Positions 33,401 through 42,100 of a stretch of 64,000 nt of DNA are shown piece by piece. Numbering within the stretch: the stretch's first letter is position 1; the number at the start of each line of letters is the position of its first letter. Source of the stretch: a virus; the IMG/VR virus record IMGVR_UViG_3300045988_073455; one strand, written 5' to 3'. Under the pieces are notes generated by a model that saw only the letters and a program-made list of their open reading frames with translations, did no database searches and had not been told where the DNA came from. A program made the translations under genes and the position numbers.

Positions 33401-34135
33401 ATGAACAAGTATTACAGAAAAGTTCTTGAAGCACTGAAAACCAATCGAGACATTAAGGCATTGGGGTTCAGTCGTAAGGAGTTAAAGGGTGTTGCCGCCA
33501 ATGTTGCCAACAAACTTCAACTCAAAGATGATGCTACTGACGAAGAAGTTAGTGAAGGTATTAGTGACGCAATTGATGATGTCTTGCCGTTACTCCAGTT
33601 AACTCAGTCCGCAGCTGACCGCCAAGTCTCAGAGTACAAAAACGCTCATCCTGCACCCGATGATGACGATGATCCAGATGACGATCCAGATGATGATGAC
33701 GATCCAGCACGTAGAAGTCCGTCACGGAAGGGCAAGAAGGGCAAGAAGGATAGCGATGATGATGACTCCGCTACCCTCAACGCAATCAAGGAACTTACGA
33801 AGGCTGTTGCTACACTCCAAGGTGATGTAACTGCATTGAAGTCTGGCAATACCACAAACAGCCGTACCGCAAAGGTAAGGGAACTGCTGAAGGACACAGG
33901 TAAGTTCGGAGAGCGTCGACTTAAATCTTTCTCTCACATGAAGTTTGAGAATGAAGAGGAGTTTGAGGACTACCTCGATGAGTTGAAGGAAGATATTGAG
34001 GAAGAGAACAAGGAAAGACTTGAAAAGGGTCTTGAAAAGCTTGGACGAATCCCTGCTCCCGATACCAAACCTCAGCCAAAGGAGGAAGATAAGTTAATGT
34101 CTGATGATGAAGTCAAGAGGCTGGCTAAGATGTAA
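33401..34135 (+). CDS. putative scaffolding protein
   Basis: ATG at 33401 within track ORF 33377..34135. Highly charged and helical, with a D/P low-complexity tract (DDDDDPDDDPDDDDDP). Lies upstream of the capsid gene. Confidence 0.55.
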   Translation: MNKYYRKVLEALKTNRDIKALGFSRKELKGVAANVANKLQLKDDATDEEVSEGISDAIDDVLPLLQLTQSAADRQVSEYKNAHPAPDDDDDPDDDPDDDDDPARRSPSRKGKKGKKDSDDDDSATLNAIKELTKAVATLQGDVTALKSGNTTNSRTAKVRELLKDTGKFGERRLKSFSHMKFENEEEFEDYLDELKEDIEEENKERLEKGLEKLGRIPAPDTKPQPKEEDKLMSDDEVKRLAKM

Positions 34136-34168
34136 TCATCTATTGTTTCACTAATAAATTATTAGATT

Positions 34169-34570
34169 ATGGTAGCAGAAGACTACAAGCCAAAAACCAA
34201 AGGCTACGACATGGGTAAGGACGCTGTGGTTATCCGTCAGTATCTCGGTGGTATCACAGGCGGTAGAGCACTCGACTACGCCAACTTCAAGGATGAGGTT
34301 ATTCAGGCAGGTCACATCATTGTCCGCAAGAAGGTTGATGATGTTTATGAGTATTCTCCACTTGAAACCGAAGGCGGTAAGTACAAAGACAAGACTAGTG
34401 ATGCAGAATTTGCTGGTGTTGTTGTTCGCTCACGCATGAAGGGTGAAGCGGTTGCCATTATGGATAATGGTCGCGTGAATGATGTTGCAATGCCTTATCA
34501 GTTCAAGGACGGAACTCAGAGAACCGCCATCAAGACCGCTCTCCCAAGTCTTATTTTTGAGCATGACTAA
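34169..34570 (+). CDS. hypothetical head-associated protein
   Basis: 133 aa, between scaffold and major capsid genes. Confidence 0.45.
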   Translation: MVAEDYKPKTKGYDMGKDAVVIRQYLGGITGGRALDYANFKDEVIQAGHIIVRKKVDDVYEYSPLETEGGKYKDKTSDAEFAGVVVRSRMKGEAVAIMDNGRVNDVAMPYQFKDGTQRTAIKTALPSLIFEHD

Positions 34571-34606
34571 GTTGTGCTCTAGTTTTTAACTTAAAAGATT
34601 GTTTAT

Positions 34607-35968
34607 ATGAACGAATCACTTTTTATTCAGTTTATTCGTGCTATCTTCCCTAAACTTAGCTTGTATGTTAAGGAGAAGGAGAATCCGAAGGAGCGCACCT
34701 ACCTCTACAAGGAGATGCTTACCGATGTGTATTCTGCCGATCAGAAATGGGAAGGTTCATCAGCTAAGACCACATATGTAGCTGCCGACATCGTTGAGAT
34801 GGATTCAGACATTCCTTTGAAGAAGCGTGGTCAAATCGCAACCTCTAATGGTAAGTTGCCAAAGATTGCGATGAAGAAGATTCTCATGGAGTCTGACATC
34901 AACAACATCAACATTATGAAGGCTCAGTACGAGAACCTTGTAGCAAGAGCCAACTCATTCCAGGCGCAAGGTTTGGTTGAGCAGGCTGCATCAACACGAC
35001 AGGCTGCTGAAACTGCAAAGGCTCGTATCATCAACAAGCTCATGAATGATGGTGTCGCTTGCTCTGTCGGTCTCGAAGAGCGTAACGAAATGAACTTCTT
35101 GGCTGGTCTCTCTAATGGTATTATTGCCGTTGAAGATGCAGACAATTCGGGTAAGGCTATCCGTGTTGACTATGGTTACATGAAGGCTAACTCTTTCAAA
35201 ACAGCAACCAATGGTGTTACTACCCGTGATGATTTCGAGAAAATCTTCGAAAAGGCAAATGCTGATGGTAATACCATCATACAGGTTATGCTCGCTAAGA
35301 CGCAGATTAAGAAAATCCGCAAGGAGCAGTGGGCGAAAGAACTTGTTGCCGACTACGAGGGTAAGACTTATACCGAAAATACCAAGCTCAAGACACCATC
35401 GGAGTCAGCTTTCTCGGAAGCATTCGAGGATGAGTTCGGTGCAGCCATCAAGGTTATCAACAGAACCGTGATTATCGAGAAGAACGGAAAGCAGCACTCT
35501 CTCAAACCATGGAATGAGGATAACATTATCTTCATCTGTAACACCAACGTAGGCTCTTTCGTTTGGGGTACCCTTGCAGAGGACACCAACCGAGTAGCAG
35601 GTGTTCAGTACTCTAACGTTGACAGCTACAAGCTTATCTCTAAGTACTCCAAGAATGAGCCATCTTTGCAGGAGGTTACCGCAGGACAGGCTATCTGCTT
35701 GCCAGTAATCGAGGACGTAGATCAGATTTACATGCTTACTACCAAGTCTGAGGAGGTTGATACAGAAGCCGAGACAGACGATACTACCGATCAGTATACA
35801 ACTTACAAGGGTAAGAAGTATAATAAGGCTAACCTCATCGCTGCTTTGAAGGCTGCTGGTGTCAATGTGAAGACTAACTCAACCGATGAGACTCTGATTA
35901 AGGCTCTCAACTCACTCAGCGATGAGGAGGAAGCCGAAGTTCTCTCTAAACTCACTCCAGAGGTTTAA
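34607..35968 (+). CDS. major capsid protein
   Basis: 453 aa, positioned after the scaffold gene. The C-terminal approximately 65 aa form an acidic linker plus helix-rich tail. Confidence 0.6.
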   Translation: MNESLFIQFIRAIFPKLSLYVKEKENPKERTYLYKEMLTDVYSADQKWEGSSAKTTYVAADIVEMDSDIPLKKRGQIATSNGKLPKIAMKKILMESDINNINIMKAQYENLVARANSFQAQGLVEQAASTRQAAETAKARIINKLMNDGVACSVGLEERNEMNFLAGLSNGIIAVEDADNSGKAIRVDYGYMKANSFKTATNGVTTRDDFEKIFEKANADGNTIIQVMLAKTQIKKIRKEQWAKELVADYEGKTYTENTKLKTPSESAFSEAFEDEFGAAIKVINRTVIIEKNGKQHSLKPWNEDNIIFICNTNVGSFVWGTLAEDTNRVAGVQYSNVDSYKLISKYSKNEPSLQEVTAGQAICLPVIEDVDQIYMLTTKSEEVDTEAETDDTTDQYTTYKGKKYNKANLIAALKAAGVNVKTNSTDETLIKALNSLSDEEEAEVLSKLTPEV

Positions 35969-35979
35969 TTTGAATTGAT

Positions 35980-36303
35980 ATGAAGACAATAAAGCAAGCA
36001 TTGATTGATGAAATCCACTACCCTATCCCTTTAGGATTCGTGGAGAATAAGATGATAGAACGTCAGCTTAATGGTGATGATGAATATACATTCGAGGTCG
36101 CTCAGTCCAAGGAATGGAAAGGTGCGCTTGCTGATTGTCTGTACTCTCTCATACAAGCTGTAAGCTTATCCGAGTCAGACAAGAGCATTGGAACACTATC
36201 TGACAAGGATAAGGAAAGGCTGCTAGTGCGAATAAATGCTTTATACAAAACCATCGGTGAATCCCCTGCACTGGGTCAACCGATGGTTTATATAGGAGGT
36301 TAA
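35980..36303 (+). CDS. head-tail connector/adaptor protein
   Basis: 107 aa, first gene after the capsid gene. Called by position. Confidence 0.45.
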   Translation: MKTIKQALIDEIHYPIPLGFVENKMIERQLNGDDEYTFEVAQSKEWKGALADCLYSLIQAVSLSESDKSIGTLSDKDKERLLVRINALYKTIGESPALGQPMVYIGG

Positions 36304-36306
36304 GAT

Positions 36307-36639
36307 ATGGCTGTATTGGATTTCGCTGCTCATACCCTAGATTACCTACACGTAACTGATGGGTATGAAGACGATAACGGAGACTATGTTCAAGGCTCAG
36401 AAGAATGGGTGGAGAACTATTGTAAGTGTGATATTGTTCCTGCTGGCAAGGCAAACGTTATCACTATCCCCGATGGTTCTGCAAAGAACTATTCCTACAC
36501 CATCTACAACCTTCCTAGAGCATGCCGAGATTTCGAGTACGGAGACAAAATCCGTGTAAAGCTCTTCGGAAACGAAGTGAAGGAATTTGTTGTACTCGGC
36601 TTTCATCGTTATCAACTGCAATGTAAAATATGGGTATAA
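36307..36639 (+). CDS. head closure / head-tail joining protein
   Basis: 110 aa. Called by position. Confidence 0.4.
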   Translation: MAVLDFAAHTLDYLHVTDGYEDDNGDYVQGSEEWVENYCKCDIVPAGKANVITIPDGSAKNYSYTIYNLPRACRDFEYGDKIRVKLFGNEVKEFVVLGFHRYQLQCKIWV

Positions 36640-37112
36640 AACTCTCAACCTCTCAGTCTGCGCTCGATAACTTTTTTCAGTCCGCTATGGCGATAATAAA
36701 GCAAGAAATCCTCACTGCTTATGCCAAGCTAGGAGAAGAATGTAATGCAAGGATAAGAGATCGCTCGGCAGAGGAAAGTTGGATAGACCATACAGGAAAC
36801 CTACGAAGCTCCATCGGTTATGCCATCTTTGACTACGGAAGGAAACAAGTAGAATCAGCCTTTGCTTCCATAGGCAATGGTTCTAATGGTTCACAAGAAG
36901 GAAGACAAATGATAGCTGACCTAGCCAAGGAATACTCACAGGTTTACGCATTGGTAGTAGTCGCGGCTATGAACTATGCAGACTTTGTAGAAGCTAAAGA
37001 AAATAAAGATGTGCTTGCATCCACTGAGTTATGGGCTCGTTCCGTCGTTGATGGTAAACTAAAGCTCGCTGTGGATAAAGCTGTAAGTAGAATCAATCAG
37101 ATAAAGCTATGA
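36630..37112 (+). CDS. HK97 gp10-like tail-connector protein
   Basis: 160 aa. WIDHTGNLRSSIGYAI resembles the gp10-family motif. Confidence 0.5.
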   Translation: MGIKLSTSQSALDNFFQSAMAIIKQEILTAYAKLGEECNARIRDRSAEESWIDHTGNLRSSIGYAIFDYGRKQVESAFASIGNGSNGSQEGRQMIADLAKEYSQVYALVVVAAMNYADFVEAKENKDVLASTELWARSVVDGKLKLAVDKAVSRINQIKL

Positions 37113-37528
37113 AATCGGATATTGATATTAAGGATGATGTGTACAACATTATCTCTTCTTCGAAATTAAAGACTGCTGTAACAGGTAGTCTTTGCAAGCG
37201 AGGAAGACCATTCTATGGAACAGGTACAACTGGCAAGGAAGATATTTGCATCTCAGTGCTAGCAAATCAAACCTCGCAAATCCAAGAAGCTTTCGTGAAT
37301 GTAAACATCTATGTTCAAGATCAAGCTATCACAAAGAAAGGCAATACCCGAAAGGAAGAGAACACGGCAAGGCTCCGTGAGTTATGCCAACTCTCTTTCT
37401 ATACCTTCGAAGCAGTTCATGGATCGGATTTCCGTTTGTCTATGAGCGAACAGAGGGTAATAGCTTGCGAGGGCACAAGAGAGCACATCATTAATAACAA
37501 ATTATTGTATCAAACTATAAACGATTAA
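37109..37528 (+). CDS. tail completion/terminator protein
   Basis: 139 aa. Called by position. Confidence 0.4.
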   Translation: MKSDIDIKDDVYNIISSSKLKTAVTGSLCKRGRPFYGTGTTGKEDICISVLANQTSQIQEAFVNVNIYVQDQAITKKGNTRKEENTARLRELCQLSFYTFEAVHGSDFRLSMSEQRVIACEGTREHIINNKLLYQTIND

Positions 37529-37532
37529 GATT

Positions 37533-38135
37533 ATGTCAGTAATAACATGGGGAAAACCATCCATCTATGTTCGTGACCTTAGTGTTGCAACCAACAACTG
37601 GAAGAAGCTTGATACTCCAAAGGAGAACACTACTCAGTTGAACCCTACCAAGGGTGATACAACAGAAGCTAAGGAGGAAGGTGGCGGTATTGTCGATTCC
37701 AAGACAGCTAAGTCCACCTACGAACTCGTTTATCAAGAGTTCATCAAGAAGGGCTTATCTCAGCCTTTCCCTACCATTGATGGACTTATCGAAGGAAACT
37801 ACGCTATCGCTGTTCAGCCGGAAGATGCAGAGAACCCTGGCTGCTATATCGGCAAGTCAACCGTAAGCGTGGAGGAGTCATATTCTTCAGCGGATGGTGC
37901 TTTGATGCAGTACACCCACAAGGCTCTTGTGCCAGAGGGTGACGAGGTAGCAAAGACCACCAACAAGAAGGGTGAGACCGTATATTGTCAGTTCCGTTGG
38001 CGCATCATCACAGCCAAGAAAGCTAAGGGTAAGACTGATGAATATGTTCTTACATTCAAGCATCCTGCAGGTGCTACAGACACAACAACGGAGATAACTG
38101 TTCCAACAAACGGACAGGTCGAAGGTGGCGCCTAA
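37533..38135 (+). CDS. major tail protein
   Basis: 200 aa, the last gene before the chaperone and tape-measure region. Confidence 0.5.
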   Translation: MSVITWGKPSIYVRDLSVATNNWKKLDTPKENTTQLNPTKGDTTEAKEEGGGIVDSKTAKSTYELVYQEFIKKGLSQPFPTIDGLIEGNYAIAVQPEDAENPGCYIGKSTVSVEESYSSADGALMQYTHKALVPEGDEVAKTTNKKGETVYCQFRWRIITAKKAKGKTDEYVLTFKHPAGATDTTTEITVPTNGQVEGGA

Positions 38136-38194
38136 GGCAATATGTTGATTTCTTCTCACCCTTCAGCCGATTGAGGGTTATCAGTCGGCAACCT

Positions 38195-38302
38195 ACCCAA
38201 GTAGCTCAGTTGGTTAGAGCGAGACCAAAGTCCGTCACATGAAATCCAGTTGGTCTTTAAAAAGCTGGTTGAAAGACGCAGGTTCGAGTCCTGCCTTGGG
38301 TG
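38195..38302 (+). ncRNA. tRNA-like element with expanded, non-canonical anticodon/variable region
   Basis: Acceptor ACCCAAG/CTTGGGT, D arm GCTC-AGTTGGTTA-GAGC and T arm GCAGG-TTCGAGT-CCTGC are canonical. The 51 nt between them (38222..38272) do not form a 5-bp/7-nt anticodon arm. Confidence 0.55.
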
Positions 38303-38322
38303 CTAACAAATATTATTGGCTT

Positions 38323-39045
38323 ATGAAGAATGACATCGAAATTGGCGCTATTATAGCCATGGTGTTAACAGATACACCTCTAGGCATACAGGTAGGTAGA
38401 AGGCACATGTTCATCTACCCTCAGACTTTAGGCAAGATGTATTTGACAGCTCCACTGATTAAGCTGCTAGGCATCAAAGATGATAACCTAAAGCTAAATC
38501 CCCTCATTGAAGCACTCCGTGTAGTAGGTGAGAATCGAAGTCTCTGTTGTAAGCTAATAGCCTACCACACCCTTCAGAAGAAATCCGATATGCTCAGTTC
38601 ACGCATATTGAAGGCAAGGGAAAACATCATCTTCAAGTTCTGTGATAACGATGATATAGCTACTCTTCTCATCACCATACTCTCAGATAACAAGCTTCAC
38701 GACATAATCACGGAATGTGGGATAGACAAGGAAGCAGAGCGTATGGAGAAGATAAACCAAGCCAAAGACTTCAGCAATCAGTATATCTTTGGTGGCAGAA
38801 CCATTTGGGGCTCTCTCATTGACGCAGCTTGCGAGAGATATAAATGGACTCTTGACTATGTTCTGTGGGAAATCTCATACAACAACCTCACGCTTATGAT
38901 GAAGGATAAGATAACTTCCATCTATCTATCCGATGAGGAAAGAAAGAAGGCTCACATTCCATCAGCAACAGAGAAGGTCTTCAGCGGAGATAACAAAGAG
39001 GACATCATGGAGCTGATCAGACAGAGCGAAGAAAATCCAATTTAA
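38323..39045 (+). CDS. putative tail assembly chaperone
   Basis: ATG at 38323 (MKNDIEIG...). The upstream part of track ORF 38239..39045 overlaps the tRNA-like element. Lies before the tape measure gene. Confidence 0.45.
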   Translation: MKNDIEIGAIIAMVLTDTPLGIQVGRRHMFIYPQTLGKMYLTAPLIKLLGIKDDNLKLNPLIEALRVVGENRSLCCKLIAYHTLQKKSDMLSSRILKARENIIFKFCDNDDIATLLITILSDNKLHDIITECGIDKEAERMEKINQAKDFSNQYIFGGRTIWGSLIDAACERYKWTLDYVLWEISYNNLTLMMKDKITSIYLSDEERKKAHIPSATEKVFSGDNKEDIMELIRQSEENPI

Positions 39046-39119
39046 CCTCCAACACAAAAAGTAAAGAATAAAGGTTTGGCTGAGGAGGTGCACCTTTACG
39101 TAATTGACAGAATAAAAAA

Positions 39120-42100
39120 ATGGCAAGTATCAAGTTTGACATAACAGGCGATAATTCATCCGTACTGAAAGCCTTTCGAGGGGTGCAGGATGGGGTGTCA
39201 CAGACAGCAAGAGTAGTCGAGCAGCAGGGTCAGAGCATTGAGAACGTTTTCAATCGCATCAAGTCTGTTGCATCGGTAGCTTTTGCTGGGTTCACGGCAA
39301 AGGAAATCATCAGCACACTGGGTACTGTCCGAGGAGAGTTTCAGCAGTTTGAGATTGCCTTTGAAACCATGCTCGGTAGTGGACAGAAGGCAAAGGGAAT
39401 GATTTCGGACATCGCCAACCTTGCTGCTACTACTCCTTTTGACATGAAGGGTGTGGTAAATGGCGCAAAGCAGCTCCTTGCATACGGATTTGCAGCCAAC
39501 GAGATTACCGATACAATGAGAAGGCTCGGTGACGTATCTGCAGGATTGGGATTGAACTTGCAGGACCTCACATGGCTCTATGGTACCACGATGGTACAAG
39601 GTCGATTGTTCACAAGAGACTTGATGCAATTTACAGGTCGCGGTATTCCTTTGACAGAGGAACTTGCCAAGCAGTTCGGAGTTACCGAGGATAAGGTTTC
39701 GGAATTGGTGACAGCAGGTAAGGTAGGTTTCCCCGAAGTTAAGAAGGCTATCGAAAGCCTTACCAATGAAGGCGGCAAGTTCGGTGGATTGATGGAAAAG
39801 CAATCTCACTCTATTACGGGTCAGATAAGCAATATACAAGATACCATCGAAATGGCTATCAATGACCTCGGCACACAGACCGAAGGCTTGATGAATGATG
39901 CTTTGGATATCACATCTAAGGTTATCGACCATTGGAAGGAGATAGGTGAGGTTATCCTTGCAGCCGCATCTGCCATCGGTCTTTATAAGGCAATGGCAGT
40001 TAGTATAGCAGCCTTTGACACAGCAACAACAAATGCAGGATATGCAGCCGAGTTGTCAGCTCTTGAATCTTTGCTCCCTATGAAGGAAGAAGCAAAGAAG
40101 ACAGACCTTGAAGAAGCAGTAGCCAAAGGTCAATTATCAGCAGCACAGGCAGAGTTGGTAGCATCTAAGCGTGAAGAGGTCGCGGCTTATGTTGCCGAAC
40201 TACAGGCGCAGGCAAAAGCAAAGGCAGACGCAGCCACCGCAGCCGCAGAGGAAGTGAAGGCATTGGAGAACAAACTTGCAATGCAGGACAATGAGGTCCA
40301 ATCACTCCAAGATGCTTACGATGCCCTGCAATCCTATACAGACGGGCAGAAGGTAGAGACAGCAGAAATCAAACTCAATACTGCCGTTAACGAAAGGAAC
40401 ACCATCGCAAAGCAACTCCAAACGGCTAGAGAAACTGCTGCAACCGCAGCCACAGAAGCAAATACAGCAGCCAATGCGGCTAACACTGCATCCCAAGGTT
40501 TGAATACCGCAGCTACCGCAAGAGACACCGCAGCCAAAGGAATATGGGCACAGGTCACCCTTCTCTGCAAAAGGGCACAGGACGCATGGAATGCTTCTAT
40601 GTTCTCAAGTCCTCTTTTTTGGATAGCTGCCACCATCGCAGCAGTAACCTATGCCGTATATAAGCTAGCTACCGCAGAAACGGCACATGAAACGGCAGTA
40701 AGGAAATCCAATGAAGCATGGGATGAGTTTGATAACAAGGTCAAGGAACGTCAGCAGAATATCGAAAGCCTTATCAGAACTATTCAGTCTGAGACAGCTA
40801 CAGAATACGAGAAGGCAGAAGCTTACCAAAAACTCTCCAACCTCGCACCTCAGTTAACGGAGCAATACTCACAAGCTCAACTTGCATCTGCCGATTTTGC
40901 TAAGACGCAGAAGGAAGTTGCCGAGAGCATGGATGAGTTGAAGTACGACAAGGCAGTTGAGGAAGTTGAGAAGTATCGAAAGAAGGTTGAGGAGCTTCAA
41001 ATGCAACTCAGAGCAGACGCAGCCAATGGCGGTCAAGGTAGCATCGCTATCTCATCACAGATAAGCCAAGTCCAAGCAGACCTTGATCAAGCAGAAGAAA
41101 AGCTTTCCAATATCATCCAACTTCGAGACCAAGCAGCCGAGAACGCAAAGCCTATCGAAGTTCGCTTGCAAGAAGCACAGGAGAACGAAAGTGTACGTCA
41201 AGAAATCTTTGACTTCTATGACGAAGCAATCAATCTGGCTAACGATTGGCAAGCTGCCAACGAAACCATCAACTACGCCACAGGTGAGAGTAGATTGGAT
41301 GCGTTCATCAATAAGGCTCAGAAAGAGATAGCAGGTCTTCGAGAAGACATCAAGAACAATCCTGCTGATCTGAATCTCCGCATGCAGGAGTCTGAGAAAA
41401 CAAAGGTTCTGAACAACCTCTTAACTATGAAGCGGAATTGGGCGGTCACAGGCGCAACGACCATTCCTTTGATTTTCAAGGCTCAATGGAATACAGCCAA
41501 ACAATCCCTCAACCAAGCAAAAAAAAGAGCACAAGCGTTGGCTAACAATGGTTCTACGGAAACCTATCAGCAAGCTTACAACAGGACGCAGCGTGAATAT
41601 AACGCAGCCAAGAGGAGGGTTGCTGCTATGGAGAGAAATAAGAGCAAATACACCGCCGCTCAGTACGAAACCGCCACCCAAAACTTGAAAGCAGCCAAGG
41701 ATGCCTACTCGAAACTAGGTGGTGATGTAAGTGGAAGAGCGGCAAAGACAGTAGCAACGGCACATAAGAATCGCATCAAGGAAGAGAACAAGACTATCAA
41801 GGCTCAAGAGGATTTAAACAACCGCTTGAAGACTTTGCAGCAGAAAAATACAGATGAAACTATCTCCCTCATGCAGGAAGGCACGGAGAAGAAACTTGCT
41901 CAAATCAAGAACGACTATGCCAAGCGCAAAGCCGAGATTGACAAGCAGGAAGCAGAGTTCAAGAAGAAAAACAAGGAAGCTGGCAAGAAAGTAACCCTTA
42001 CCTCTGCTCAGTCCAATGCCCTCAATAAGGCTAGAGACCTCGCTACCCAAGAGTATAACAAGAAGCTTGATGAGGTCAACAGGGAAGCCCTCACCTCTAT

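Noticed and set aside
33237-33434. 65-aa minus-strand ORF, and the TTG-start N-terminal extension of the scaffold ORF
   Set aside because: Both run through a promoter, a hairpin and an intrinsic terminator. The scaffold gene more plausibly starts at ATG 33401.
33650-33720. GAT/GAC/CCA-rich tract as a microsatellite or contingency locus
   Set aside because: It encodes an in-frame poly-Asp/Pro linker of the scaffold protein. It is imperfect and not a homopolymeric or unit-repeat tract likely to slip.
38195-38302. tmRNA or selenocysteine tRNA
   Set aside because: A standard 4-bp D stem with a GG-containing D loop, a 7-bp acceptor stem and no tag ORF or pseudoknot region do not fit tmRNA. The 7/5 acceptor/T geometry and the D arm do not fit tRNA-Sec.
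39198-39932. 244-aa minus-strand ORF, and several other 60-150 aa ORFs on both strands, inside the tape-measure gene (e.g. 42334..42792, 42737..43111)
   Set aside because: They are fully embedded in a 1718-aa gene with a clear tape-measure motif. Their products are low-complexity (R/S/C-rich) and typical of out-of-frame or antisense translation.
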